From an uncultured Flavobacteriaceae bacterium (lineage in GTDB: Bacteria > Bacteroidota > Bacteroidia > Flavobacteriales > Flavobacteriaceae), in assembly GCA_964517835.1 (NCBI GenBank), contig CAZFEV010000012.1, forward strand, positions 2,896 to 66,895: a stretch of DNA of 64,000 bases, given 5' to 3'. Position numbers and translations under genes: made by a program. Positions 39,942-50,318 of the stretch are shown one piece after another. The notes beneath the pieces are model-generated. The model worked only from the letters and a program-made list of their open reading frames with translations, made no database searches and had not been told where the DNA came from. The stretch's first letter is position 1. Every line of letters begins with the position of its first letter.

Positions 39942-41213
39942 CTACACTCTTTTAGATTGAAAAATAATAGCGATGACAAAAGTAATAATAGCTGGTAAAA
40001 CCCAACCTAAACTATGAGATGCTAAAGGAATGCTTTCAGTTAGAAATTCTATATGTTCTGCATAACCCAAAACACTTAAAAAATCAGGAATACTAAAAAT
40101 AGCTGTTACAATAACAACAGATCTAAAAATCAATGGTGTACCATATTGTTTTGGTAGCACATTTATAATAATAAGTACAATGGTTATTGGATAAATAAAC
40201 ATTAAAGCTGGTACTGCAAGCTCAATAATAAATTCAACATTAAAACTACCAACAATAACACCTATAATGCATCCTATTATTGCTGTTACGGTATAGGCCA
40301 ATTGTGATTCTTTAAATAAGCCTTTAAAATAATCGGCTGTACCAGTAACAATACCTACCGCTGTCGTAAAACATGCTAAGGCTACTAAAACACTTAGAAA
40401 TGTTGATCCGATATGACCTAACGTCTTTTCACTTAAGCCTGAAAGCAAAACAGTTCTATCAATATCTGCTTCAAATTGATGACTAAATACGGCGCCTAAT
40501 AGAATTAATCCGGCATAAATGATAATTAGTCCGATACCAGCGATAATTCCAGATTTTATTATGAGACTTTTCTTAGCTTCAAAAGTGTGATAACCTCTTA
40601 TTTTTAATGACACAATTAACACAGCACCAACAACAACTCCACCAATGGCATCAAATGTTTGGTAGCCTTCTAAAATACCATCGACTAAAGGTGCTTTAAA
40701 CGAACCGTTTTGAAGTGCTGCAGTCTCAGAAGTTAAACCTAATACTATGATAAGCAAAAGAATACAAACAATAAATGGTGTCAAAAATTTTCCCAGAATA
40801 CTAAGTACTCGAGATCGGTTCAAAACAAAAAGTAACACTAAGCCAAAATAAACAGTACTCGTTAAAAGTGTAGAGCTCTCAAAAAATGGTGCAATAGCCA
40901 TTTCGTGGGTTACTGATGCAGTTCGAGGTGCAGGAAGCGCAATGGCAATGACATAGATTAGCAAACAATACAGCACGCTAAATTTTGGTGACACTTTTTT
41001 GCCAAAATCATACAATGTTCCCTGTAGTCTTGCATGCGCATATATCGCCATTATGGGTATAACAACAGCTGTAATCGCAAAACCTAGTACTACAATAAAC
41101 CAATCATCTTGAGCTTTTAGTCCTAGTAAAGGCGGCAAGATTAAATTTCCTGCTCCAAAGAACATTGAGAATAGCGCAAGGCCACTCATCCAAATTTCCT
41201 TGGTCTTTATCAA
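39942..41213 (-). CDS. brnQ: Branched-chain amino acid transport system II carrier
   Basis: LFSMFFGAGNLILPP, PRTA, GYQTFD, LACFTTAVG. Confidence 0.93.
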   Translation of the reverse strand: MIKTKEIWMSGLALFSMFFGAGNLILPPLLGLKAQDDWFIVVLGFAITAVVIPIMAIYAHARLQGTLYDFGKKVSPKFSVLYCLLIYVIAIALPAPRTASVTHEMAIAPFFESSTLLTSTVYFGLVLLFVLNRSRVLSILGKFLTPFIVCILLLIIVLGLTSETAALQNGSFKAPLVDGILEGYQTFDAIGGVVVGAVLIVSLKIRGYHTFEAKKSLIIKSGIIAGIGLIIIYAGLILLGAVFSHQFEADIDRTVLLSGLSEKTLGHIGSTFLSVLVALACFTTAVGIVTGTADYFKGLFKESQLAYTVTAIIGCIIGVIVGSFNVEFIIELAVPALMFIYPITIVLIIINVLPKQYGTPLIFRSVVIVTAIFSIPDFLSVLGYAEHIEFLTESIPLASHSLGWVLPAIITFVIAIIFQSKRV

Positions 41214-42763
41214 TTTGAAGTTCTTTTAAGTTCTAAATCATGAAAGTCGAAACTGAAATCTGTGATGGGAGCAATGTATTTCATCGTTGCCGATTTGGCA
41301 ATACCTTTTTCATCAAATGTAAATTGCACAAAGACATCGGCATCATAACTACGATCATTCCATTTAGCAACATAAGTTGTCGCATTATAAGGCAATAACT
41401 CCCCAAATAATCTTGACGATCTTTCACACGTAATTTTATAACCTGACTCATCATGAGAAATAACAATATTTCCAAACCAGTCATCTGTATATGTTCCTTT
41501 TATTTGCTCAGGTTTTGGTAGGTTTGGAATAGTTTTCATTTTCTCAATTTGAGCAAATACCTCAGCTTTAATACTATCGTTGTATTTTAAATAATCTGCA
41601 TTGCCTTTTCCAAGTCTCGATAACCAATTTCTATCTTCGTAACCCAAATAGCTATCTTTAATGGTGTTTGTAATTGTCCTAAACGCAGAACCATTCATCT
41701 GATTTGTCAATACTACAATGGCTAAATCTAAATCTGGAATCATGGTAAATTGCGTTACTGTGCCAATCAAACCACCTGTGTGATAGACTTGTTTATAACC
41801 ACCTTTAACGTCAGTAACAAACCAGCCCAATCCGTAACCTCTAAAGTTGGAGTTGTAAGAATCATTTGGTCTAACATTCAATGGCGTTTGCAGTTGCCAT
41901 AATTCGTGAAATAATTTAGCATCAAGTAAGCGCTCACCGCTTTCTGTTACCGCATCATTCATTAAAAACTTTGCCCAAGTTAGCATGTCTGGCACATTAC
42001 TTACTATGCCTCCAGCTGCATTTGCCGTTTCACTCCAATCATGAGGTATTTGAATCACTTTTCCTTCTGCTCTTGTATGGGCTTCAATAATGTTACTTTT
42101 ATCAGTAACTCTATTGTATGAAGCTTTGCTATTTTTCATGCCAACAGGCTGCATGATCTTAGTTTCAATAAATTCTTCCCAAGATAAACCACTCACACGC
42201 TTAAGAACTTCACCAGCAATAATGAACATGTTATTATTGTAAGCAAACTTGCTTCTAAAAGATGTCTCTGGTTCTAAATACCTCACATTATTAATGATAT
42301 CTTCTACGGTGAAATCATTGCCTTCAGGAAAAAACATTAAATCACCAGCACCTAAACCCATCCCACTTCGGTGTGTTACTAAATCTCTCACTGTAAAATG
42401 TGCTGTTACCCAAGGATCATGTAATTGAAACTCTGGAATGTGTTTTCTTACCGGATCATCCCAATTTAATTTACCTTCATCTACCATCATGGCAAGTGCA
42501 AAACAAGTAAATCCTTTACTGTTTGAAGCAACACCTACTAGCGTTTCTTCATTCATGTCTTTTTGAGACGTTAGGGAACGTACTCCATGACCTTTGGCAT
42601 ACACTAATTCGCCATCTTTTAAAACTCCAACTGATATACCAGGCACATCAAAAGTTGTAAGTGTCTCTTCAACAAGTTTGTCTATGTCTTTTGACTTGAT
42701 TTGTGCTGATAATAATAAGGAGCTTGAAAAAACTATTAAAGCAATAATTCGTTTGAGATACAT
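41210..42763 (-). CDS. Serine hydrolase, beta-lactamase/class C-like fold with C-terminal domain
   Basis: Signal peptide; SxxK (SNSK), DLVTHRSG, YNN, HTGG. Confidence 0.88.
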   Translation of the reverse strand: MYLKRIIALIVFSSSLLLSAQIKSKDIDKLVEETLTTFDVPGISVGVLKDGELVYAKGHGVRSLTSQKDMNEETLVGVASNSKGFTCFALAMMVDEGKLNWDDPVRKHIPEFQLHDPWVTAHFTVRDLVTHRSGMGLGAGDLMFFPEGNDFTVEDIINNVRYLEPETSFRSKFAYNNNMFIIAGEVLKRVSGLSWEEFIETKIMQPVGMKNSKASYNRVTDKSNIIEAHTRAEGKVIQIPHDWSETANAAGGIVSNVPDMLTWAKFLMNDAVTESGERLLDAKLFHELWQLQTPLNVRPNDSYNSNFRGYGLGWFVTDVKGGYKQVYHTGGLIGTVTQFTMIPDLDLAIVVLTNQMNGSAFRTITNTIKDSYLGYEDRNWLSRLGKGNADYLKYNDSIKAEVFAQIEKMKTIPNLPKPEQIKGTYTDDWFGNIVISHDESGYKITCERSSRLFGELLPYNATTYVAKWNDRSYDADVFVQFTFDEKGIAKSATMKYIAPITDFSFDFHDLELKRTSN

Positions 42764-42855
42764 AAGGTTTAATTTTTACTTGAATGCTTCCAAATATACT
42801 AAAATGTTGATGATGTAAAGCGGCACTATTTGCCGTCAAAATCTATCTTTGCACT

Positions 42856-43632
42856 ATGCTAATAGAATATAAAAACAGTAAAATATCATATACAACGACA
42901 GGTGAAGGTCCTGCAATAGTGTTACTTCACGGCTTTTTAGAAACACTAGAGATGTGGGATGAACTTTCTACTGAATTATCTGAAACGCATCAGGTCATTG
43001 CAATTGACTTACTTGGCCATGGACAAACAGACAGTATTGGATACATTCATACTATGGAAGCTATGGCTGACGCTGTTTTATTTGTTTTGAAATATCTCAA
43101 CGTAGAAAAAGCCAAATTTATAGGACATTCTATGGGAGGTTATGTAGCACTGGCTTTGGCAGACTCTCAACCAGAACTCTTTGAAGGGTTGTGTTTAATG
43201 AATTCTACGTTTGAAGCAGATAATGAAGAACGTAAAATTCTAAGAAAGCGCGCTATTATTATGGCTCATAACCAATATGACAATTTGGTAAGAATGTCAT
43301 TCGCCAATCTGTTTGCTCCTGAGAGTAAAAAAAGGTTTCCTATTAAATATAATAAAGCACTCGAGACAGCTAGAAAAACTTCAGTACAAGGTTATATTGC
43401 TGCTCAAGAAGGTATGATGAAACGGGTCAATAGACTTGAGGTGTTTAATAATATCTCTGGAAAAAAATTAATGATTTTAGGGAAAAAAGATACTTTGATT
43501 GATATCAAAAAAACTACCTCACAGATTCTGAATACTGCTATAGATATTGAAACTTTATCTGAAGGTCATATGAGTCATATTGAAAATTATAATGAATTAT
43601 CTTACATTTTATTGCGTTTTAGCGAAAAATAG
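42856..43632 (+). CDS. Alpha/beta hydrolase
   Basis: LLHGF, DLLGHG, GHSMGG nucleophile elbow, GHMSH. Confidence 0.9.
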   Translation: MLIEYKNSKISYTTTGEGPAIVLLHGFLETLEMWDELSTELSETHQVIAIDLLGHGQTDSIGYIHTMEAMADAVLFVLKYLNVEKAKFIGHSMGGYVALALADSQPELFEGLCLMNSTFEADNEERKILRKRAIIMAHNQYDNLVRMSFANLFAPESKKRFPIKYNKALETARKTSVQGYIAAQEGMMKRVNRLEVFNNISGKKLMILGKKDTLIDIKKTTSQILNTAIDIETLSEGHMSHIENYNELSYILLRFSEK

Positions 43633-43722
43633 TGCTATTTAACGTTTTTATTTCTCAATTTTTATTAGCTTTATCTCAGTATCAACAAGATTCCCCCAAA
43701 TCTACCATAAACTTAACCTACG

Positions 43723-43965
43723 ATGGGCGCATCAAAATTATACTGTGATTTCTTTGGCCACAACTACAAAGTGACCAGAAAAGTGACGAACCACGTAAAA
43801 GAATACACTTGTACTTGTTGTGGAAAACAAGTTACCACGAATAGCAACGGACAACTCGTTGAACTTACACCAAAATATCGTGACATTAATAGTGCTCTAG
43901 AACGCTTATTTACTCATAAAATGATGCGTTTAAAGCAGAAATCTATCACTTCATCGATTTGTTAG
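43723..43965 (+). CDS. Small C-x3-GH...CxxC protein (DUF1660-like)
   Basis: YCDFFGHNY...EYTCTCCG. Confidence 0.75.
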   Translation: MGASKLYCDFFGHNYKVTRKVTNHVKEYTCTCCGKQVTTNSNGQLVELTPKYRDINSALERLFTHKMMRLKQKSITSSIC

Positions 43966-44045
43966 TTGTTAACAAGTTATGAACAGAAGGTTTTCTTATA
44001 TTCCAATCCCTTTTTATTAATCCCTAAGAAAACTAACTGGCAAAA

Positions 44046-44276
44046 ATGAAAAACGTTGTTTGCTCGCTTATTGGACACGATTTCAAAGTATCTAAAGAAA
44101 TCACCTATCACATTAAAGAATATAAATGTAAGCGCTGCGGCGAAGAAATGACTATTGACGCTAAAGGTGAATTTGTGCCTTTAACTGCAAAACAAAAAGA
44201 AATAAATACTGTTCTAAACAAAGTTCATGAGAAACGATTAGAACGTGGTCGTAAGTTATTTATGGCTAATCCTTAA
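44046..44276 (+). CDS. Small C-x3-GH...CxxC protein (DUF1660-like), tandem paralogue
   Basis: VCSLIGHDF...EYKCKRCG; clear similarity to 43723-43965. Confidence 0.75.
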   Translation: MKNVVCSLIGHDFKVSKEITYHIKEYKCKRCGEEMTIDAKGEFVPLTAKQKEINTVLNKVHEKRLERGRKLFMANP

Positions 44277-45312
44277 GCGCATTCCAACCCTGTGCTATAA
44301 TCGGAATTTTTTCTTCAGCTCTAGTCACTAAATGCATTCCTCTTTCTGGTTCTGTAACATAACCTATTACGGTTAAATTAGGGTTACCTTTAATTTTCGC
44401 ATAATCATCTTGTGAGATGGTCATTAACAATTCATAATCTTCTCCTCCATTTAAAGCCACAGTTGTACTATCAATATTAAATTCTTCGCACGTTGAAATC
44501 ACTTGTGGATCGAGTGGAATTTTGTTTTCATAAATATCAACACCAACATTACTTTGTTTGCATAAATGCATGACTTCAGAAGATAAACCATCACTAATAT
44601 CAATCATACTCGTAGGTTTTACCTCTAACTTTTTCAGTAATTCTACAATATCTTTTCGTGCCTCTGGTTTTAACTGTCGCTCAACTATATAAGTATACAT
44701 TGACAAATCTGGTTGATTATTTGGGTTAACTTTAAAGACCTCTTTTTCACGTTCTAAAATTTGTAAACCCATGTAGGCACCACCAATATCTCCCGAAACC
44801 ACTACCAAATCATTAGGCTTCGCTCCTGATCTCAATACTTCATCATCTTTATCTACTTCACCCAGCGCTGTAATAGAAATAATAAGTCCAGAGGTTGAAG
44901 ACGTCGTATCACCACCAACAACATCAACATTATATAAATCTGCAGCAGTTGAAATACCTGCATATAATTCTTCTAATGCTTCTAACGGGAAGCGATTAGA
45001 AACCGCAATAGATACCGTAATTTGTGTAGCTACCGCATTCATGGCATAGACATCAGAAAGATTCACCATAACAGCTTTGTACCCTAAATGCTTAAGAGGT
45101 ACGTAACTCAAATCAAAATGCACACCTTCAACAAGTAAATCTGTTGAAAGCACTACCTGCTTTTTACCATAATTCAATACAGCTGCATCATCGCCAATTC
45201 CTTTTACGGTTGACTTATGGCTAATTTTAAAATGATTGGTTAAGTGTTCAATTAATTTAAATTCACCTAACTCACTTAAAGGTGTTCGTTTCGGGTTCTT
45301 ATCTTCTATCAT
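44266..45312 (-). CDS. thiL: Thiamine-monophosphate kinase
   Basis: GEFKLI, GIGDDAA, EGVHF, NLSDVYAM, GGDT, DISDGL, GGEDYEL. Confidence 0.95.
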   Translation of the reverse strand: MIEDKNPKRTPLSELGEFKLIEHLTNHFKISHKSTVKGIGDDAAVLNYGKKQVVLSTDLLVEGVHFDLSYVPLKHLGYKAVMVNLSDVYAMNAVATQITVSIAVSNRFPLEALEELYAGISTAADLYNVDVVGGDTTSSTSGLIISITALGEVDKDDEVLRSGAKPNDLVVVSGDIGGAYMGLQILEREKEVFKVNPNNQPDLSMYTYIVERQLKPEARKDIVELLKKLEVKPTSMIDISDGLSSEVMHLCKQSNVGVDIYENKIPLDPQVISTCEEFNIDSTTVALNGGEDYELLMTISQDDYAKIKGNPNLTVIGYVTEPERGMHLVTRAEEKIPIIAQGWNALKD

Positions 45313-45421
45313 GCTGCAAAAGTATTATGCTTTTTTTGAAAATCCATCAGGATGATGCTGTTAATTACAACTAATCAAGAAAGCTAAGTGCAAAATTTAA
45401 AGTAAATTGCTAAAAAAAGTT

Positions 45422-46660
45422 ATGAAACTAAAGCTTCAATCTTCTTCAACTTTTACGATTCTCTTCATTGTAATAATGCTTGTGACAATCAGTTGCTCAA
45501 ATGATGATGCATCCAACAACGGCAATCCTTCAAATGAGGCTCAATTTCCTTGTATTAATGGTTTTGCAAATGGCCATCCTTGCAATGGATTTGATTTAAT
45601 GAGTCATATTTCTATTGAAGATTTAGCAGAAGTAGGCGCAAGAGGTAATGACTCTTGGGGATGGACAGACCCCATGAATGGTAAAGAGTACGCACTTATT
45701 GGCACTTCCATAGGCACTTCTTTTATAGATATGACCGATGCAGCAAACCCAGTTATAATTGGCTCCTTGCCAACAGCAACAGTTAACAGTGTATGGAGAG
45801 ATATAAAAACTTATAACAACCATGCATTTATTGTTAGTGAAGCAGATGGCCATGGTATGCAAGTTTTTGATTTAACAAGATTAAGAGATGTTACTAATCC
45901 ACCTGTAATCTTTGATACCGATGCACTATATACTGGTTTTGGTCGCGCGCATAATATCGTTATAAATGAAGATAGCGGATTTGCATATGCTGTAGGCTCT
46001 ACGACGTTTAATGGTGGTCCACATTTTGTTAATATACAAAACCCAACTTCACCTATTGCAGCAGGTGGCTATGGAAACGACTCCTATTCTCATGATGCGC
46101 AGGTTGTAACATATAATGGCCCAGATACAGAACATGTTGGTAAGGAAATATTAATTGGGAGTAATGAAAATGAAGTCGTCATCATAGATGTGTCAAATAA
46201 GAATAACCCTGTACAAATTTCAACGATTAACTATAGTAATATTGGCTATACACATCAGGGTTGGTTCACAGATGACTTTAGATACTTTTTGGTTGGTGAT
46301 GAACTTGATGAAATAAACTTTGGCGTCAATTCAAGAACCTTGGTTTTTGATTTATCTGATTTAGACAATCCAACAATACATATGGAATATCTTGGCCCAA
46401 CCGCAGCCATTGATCATAACGTGTATACAGTTAATGACATCTTATACATTGCGAATTATACTGCAGGTTTAAGAGCCGTAGACATTTCTAACATTAACAA
46501 TCAGTCAATGACAGAAGTTGGTTATTTTGACACTTTTGCCCCAAATAACAACACAGCTTTTAATGGCGCATGGAATGTATATCCTTATTTTTCAAGTGGT
46601 AATATTGTAATTAGCGATATTGATGGCGGCTTGTTTATTGTTAAAAGAAATAACCTCTAA
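45422..46660 (+). CDS. Choice-of-anchor B family lipoprotein (LVIVD-like beta-propeller)
   Basis: Lipobox TISC; DSWGWTDP, WRDIK, HGMQVFDL, HDAQ, HQGW, GAWNVYPY; ATG 45422 preferred. Confidence 0.8.
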   Translation: MKLKLQSSSTFTILFIVIMLVTISCSNDDASNNGNPSNEAQFPCINGFANGHPCNGFDLMSHISIEDLAEVGARGNDSWGWTDPMNGKEYALIGTSIGTSFIDMTDAANPVIIGSLPTATVNSVWRDIKTYNNHAFIVSEADGHGMQVFDLTRLRDVTNPPVIFDTDALYTGFGRAHNIVINEDSGFAYAVGSTTFNGGPHFVNIQNPTSPIAAGGYGNDSYSHDAQVVTYNGPDTEHVGKEILIGSNENEVVIIDVSNKNNPVQISTINYSNIGYTHQGWFTDDFRYFLVGDELDEINFGVNSRTLVFDLSDLDNPTIHMEYLGPTAAIDHNVYTVNDILYIANYTAGLRAVDISNINNQSMTEVGYFDTFAPNNNTAFNGAWNVYPYFSSGNIVISDIDGGLFIVKRNNL

Positions 46661-46703
46661 AAATCGTAAATTTGTTCAACTTGTGAACCACCAACAACTT
46701 ATT

Positions 46704-48152
46704 ATGATACGTAAACTGCCCTTTTTCTTACTATGTTTTATTTCATTTACTTTTAACATTCATAGTCAAACAGATTGTGTTAATGGCTTTGCGGGAATCT
46801 ACCCATGTAACAACATCGATCTTCTATCTCATATTCCGGTGTCTACTTTAGCAAACAACTTAGGAAATCCTGAAGGTAGTGACTCTTGGGGTTGGACAGA
46901 TCCTTTAACAGGAAATGAATACGCAATTATCGCCATGACCAACAGCACCGCTTTTGTGGATATGACAGACCCGATAAATCCTACTTTTCTTGGTCGCTTA
47001 GATACAGAAACAAGCACAAGTTTTTGGAGAGATGTGAAGGTATATAATAACCATGCTTTTATTGTTGCTGATAATGTAGGCTCGCATGGCATGCAGGTAT
47101 TTGATTTAACCCGTTTAAGAAATGTCTCTAATCCACCTGTCACATTCAATGAAGACGCTTTATACTCTAGCGTCGGTAGTTGTCATAATATTGTTATTAA
47201 TGAAAGTGAAGGATATGCCTACTTGGTAGGTTGTAATACATTTAGTGGCGGAGTGCATTTTGTTGATATTTCTAATCCTACAAACCCTACTGATGCAGGT
47301 GGTTATTCATCTGAAGGTTATACGCATGATGCTCAAGTAATTACTTATAACGGACCTGATACTGAGCATGTGGGAAAAGAAATTCTAATTGGGTGTAACG
47401 AAAACAAAGTTGTCATTTTAGATGTTACAGACAAGAATAACGTGGTTAAAATTAGTGATATTATCTACCCGCAAATTGGCTATACCCATCAAGGTTGGTT
47501 TACTGATGATCAACGTTACTTTATTTTTGGTGACGAAACAGATGAGATAAATTTTGGACTAAACACAAGAACATTAGTCTTTGATTTTGCAGATTTAGAT
47601 AATCCTGTAGAATCATCAACTTACTTTGGCCCTTCAGTTGCCATAGATCATAACGGTTATGTGCTTGGTAATGAATTTTATTTGGCGAGTTATCGTGCCG
47701 GATTCCGATTACTAGACATTTCTAATATTCAATCGCCATCAAATTCAATATCAGAAATAGGCTTTTTTGATACGTATCCAGATAACGATAACACTGCTTT
47801 TAATGGTGCTTGGAGTATTTACCCATATTTTGCTAGTGGTAATATTGTAGTAAGTGATATTGACAGAGGACTCTTCATTTTAAAAAAGGGCCAGACTCTT
47901 TCAACAAATAACGTACTAACCGATACTAATATTTCAATGTCACCTAATCCAGCACACAGCTTTACAATGCTAGAGAGTCCAGAGAATGTATTAATCAAAG
48001 CGGTTAGTGTTTATAATAATCTTGGACAAATTGTGTTTTCAGAATCGAACATTGAAAATAATAGATATAGATTACCAACTACAATGCTTAAATCTGGATT
48101 ATACATCATCAAAATCAATGATTCCTTTAGCCAAAAGTTAATCATTCACTGA
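46704..48152 (+). CDS. Choice-of-anchor B family protein with T9SS C-terminal sorting domain
   Basis: Paralogue of the preceding gene; cleavable signal peptide; SPNPA...YNNLGQ...LKSGLYIIKI...QKLII; ATG 46704 preferred (TAAATTTG at 46667-46674). Confidence 0.82.
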   Translation: MIRKLPFFLLCFISFTFNIHSQTDCVNGFAGIYPCNNIDLLSHIPVSTLANNLGNPEGSDSWGWTDPLTGNEYAIIAMTNSTAFVDMTDPINPTFLGRLDTETSTSFWRDVKVYNNHAFIVADNVGSHGMQVFDLTRLRNVSNPPVTFNEDALYSSVGSCHNIVINESEGYAYLVGCNTFSGGVHFVDISNPTNPTDAGGYSSEGYTHDAQVITYNGPDTEHVGKEILIGCNENKVVILDVTDKNNVVKISDIIYPQIGYTHQGWFTDDQRYFIFGDETDEINFGLNTRTLVFDFADLDNPVESSTYFGPSVAIDHNGYVLGNEFYLASYRAGFRLLDISNIQSPSNSISEIGFFDTYPDNDNTAFNGAWSIYPYFASGNIVVSDIDRGLFILKKGQTLSTNNVLTDTNISMSPNPAHSFTMLESPENVLIKAVSVYNNLGQIVFSESNIENNRYRLPTTMLKSGLYIIKINDSFSQKLIIH

Positions 48153-48186
48153 TTTAAAAACCAAAATTCATCACTGATTACTTCAC

Positions 48187-49542
48187 ATGAAAAAAATTGC
48201 ATTACATATTCTACTTGCTTTTCAACTCGCTGTTTTGATTAGCTGTTCTAGTGATGATAATAATTCAAACACTATTGTAATAACAGGTGAAGTCAGTAAT
48301 GTAAGTATATTTGGTGGTAGCAATAATGAAAGTGGGCAATCAGTGATAGCGACTAACGATGGTGGCTATGCCATATTGGGCTATACTCAAAGTAATGATG
48401 GCGATATTTTAGACAAGCAAGATGAGAGTTTTGACTTTTGGGTGCTTAAATTCGATACTAATGATACCATTGAATGGCAAAAAACCTTTGGTGGTTCAGG
48501 TGACGATAGAGGACAATCAATCATTCAAACAGATGATGGTGGCTATGCAGTGTTAGGATATACTACAAGTACTGATGGAGATATAACGAGTAATGCAGGG
48601 CTTCGAGATTATTGGTTATTAAAACTAGATGCTAATGGCAATACATCGTGGCAAAAGTCCTATGGGTTTATGGGAAATGACACCGGAATTTCGGTAATTC
48701 AAACCATGGATCAAGGCTATGTCATATCGGGTATTTTAGATGTAACAGCATCTGGCGGTGCGGGTAATACATCGAGAACTTACAATAATTCAAACATTAG
48801 AAGCAAGCATGCTGGTGGAGACTATTGGATTATTAAACTAGATAATTCTGGTAACCTAAATTGGAGTAAATACTTTGGTGGGAATTTTACAGACACACCT
48901 AATGGAGTCGTTGAAACTGAAAATGGAGAATTTATCATCGCAGGGAGTTCAGACAGCACAGACACTAATATCTCTAATAATCTTGGTACTTACGACTTCT
49001 GGGTGATAAAAATCTCATCTAACGGTGATTTAATATGGGAGAAATCTTATGGTGGTGACCAAATAGATGAAGCAAGAGGAATAGTAAAAACTAGCGATAA
49101 TAATTATATAATTGTTGGGGATACTAGAAGTGATAATACCAACGTTAGTGAAAATAACGGTGCCGCAGATTTATGGTTGATAAAGATTAATACTCTGGGT
49201 GATTTGATTTGGGAGAAATCCATTGGCGGATCCAGTTTTGATGTTGCAAGAGCAATTACACAATCACAAAACGATGGTTTTATTTTGGCTGGAAGCTCTA
49301 GAAGCAATGATATAGATGTAAGCGAAAACAAAGGTCAAAACGACGCTTGGGTTCTAAAGGTTGATGATAACGGAAACCTTGAGTGGGAAACTACCATAGG
49401 TGGCTCTAACATCGATTTTGCATATAGTGTTGCAGAATTAAACAACCAAACCATTGTCGCTGTTGGTGATACTGTAAGTGATGATGGTGACATCATTGAG
49501 AATAAAGGGTTTACTGACTTATTAATGATTAAAATTGAATAA
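48187..49542 (+). CDS. Lipoprotein with repeated beta-propeller-like units
   Basis: Lipobox LISC; repeats of DxWxxKxDxxGxxxWxKxxGG...DGGY. Confidence 0.78.
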   Translation: MKKIALHILLAFQLAVLISCSSDDNNSNTIVITGEVSNVSIFGGSNNESGQSVIATNDGGYAILGYTQSNDGDILDKQDESFDFWVLKFDTNDTIEWQKTFGGSGDDRGQSIIQTDDGGYAVLGYTTSTDGDITSNAGLRDYWLLKLDANGNTSWQKSYGFMGNDTGISVIQTMDQGYVISGILDVTASGGAGNTSRTYNNSNIRSKHAGGDYWIIKLDNSGNLNWSKYFGGNFTDTPNGVVETENGEFIIAGSSDSTDTNISNNLGTYDFWVIKISSNGDLIWEKSYGGDQIDEARGIVKTSDNNYIIVGDTRSDNTNVSENNGAADLWLIKINTLGDLIWEKSIGGSSFDVARAITQSQNDGFILAGSSRSNDIDVSENKGQNDAWVLKVDDNGNLEWETTIGGSNIDFAYSVAELNNQTIVAVGDTVSDDGDIIENKGFTDLLMIKIE

Positions 49543-49547
49543 TACTT

Positions 49548-50315
49548 ATGAAAAGATTAGTCGTATTAGCAATATCTTTTATCCTATTTTCATGCGAAAG
49601 TGAGAATACCAATGGCGGTACGTTACGAAATATAACCGTGGACTTTGAGTTTATCCATACTTGGGATGGAACCGTTATTGATAACACCAATCTTACAACA
49701 ACAACAGTAACAAATGAAAATGGGGAAACCATGTCAATATCTAGATTAAGATATTTATTATCTAGATTTCAGTTGTTGAATAGTAATGGAGACATTTACG
49801 GTTTTAACGGTTATAAGTTTACTGACCTATCAGATATCACTTCCTATAATTTTTCTACCAACAACTTTATTATACCGTCAGGAACATATACTTTAAAATT
49901 TATTTGGGGTTTTAATGAAGCAGATAATATTACTGGTGCTTATCCAGATCTTAATAGTGCTTCTTGGAACTGGCCAGATATGTTAGGAGGTGGTTATCAT
50001 TTTTTGCAGTTAGATGGTATGTACAATGTTGATACAACACCAAGTCCCTATAATTTTCACAACGGAACAGCTCGCGTTAGTACCAATCCAAATGTTTTTG
50101 AGCAAAATTTTGTTGAAATTGAATTTACTGAGGATATGGTATTATCAGGCAATGCAACCATTAAGATTGAAATGAATATTGCTGAATTATTCAAAAATCC
50201 TAACACTTGGGACTTAAATATTTATGACACTCCTTTGATGCCAAATTATGATGCTCAAAAAATGATGCAACAAAATGTTGAAACCGTTTTTAGCATAGAT
50301 GAAATCTTTCAATAG
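49548..50315 (+). CDS. mbnP: MbnP family lipoprotein
   Basis: Lipobox LFSC; LRYLLS; WxW motif (SWNW) followed by GYHFLQLDG and FHNG; directly upstream of an MbnH-like gene. Confidence 0.75.
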   Translation: MKRLVVLAISFILFSCESENTNGGTLRNITVDFEFIHTWDGTVIDNTNLTTTTVTNENGETMSISRLRYLLSRFQLLNSNGDIYGFNGYKFTDLSDITSYNFSTNNFIIPSGTYTLKFIWGFNEADNITGAYPDLNSASWNWPDMLGGGYHFLQLDGMYNVDTTPSPYNFHNGTARVSTNPNVFEQNFVEIEFTEDMVLSGNATIKIEMNIAELFKNPNTWDLNIYDTPLMPNYDAQKMMQQNVETVFSIDEIFQ

Positions 50316-50318
50316 AAT

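Noticed and set aside
41210-42763. Beta-lactam resistance gene
   Set aside because: Generic SxxK serine hydrolase with a C-terminal extension; resistance cannot be inferred from sequence
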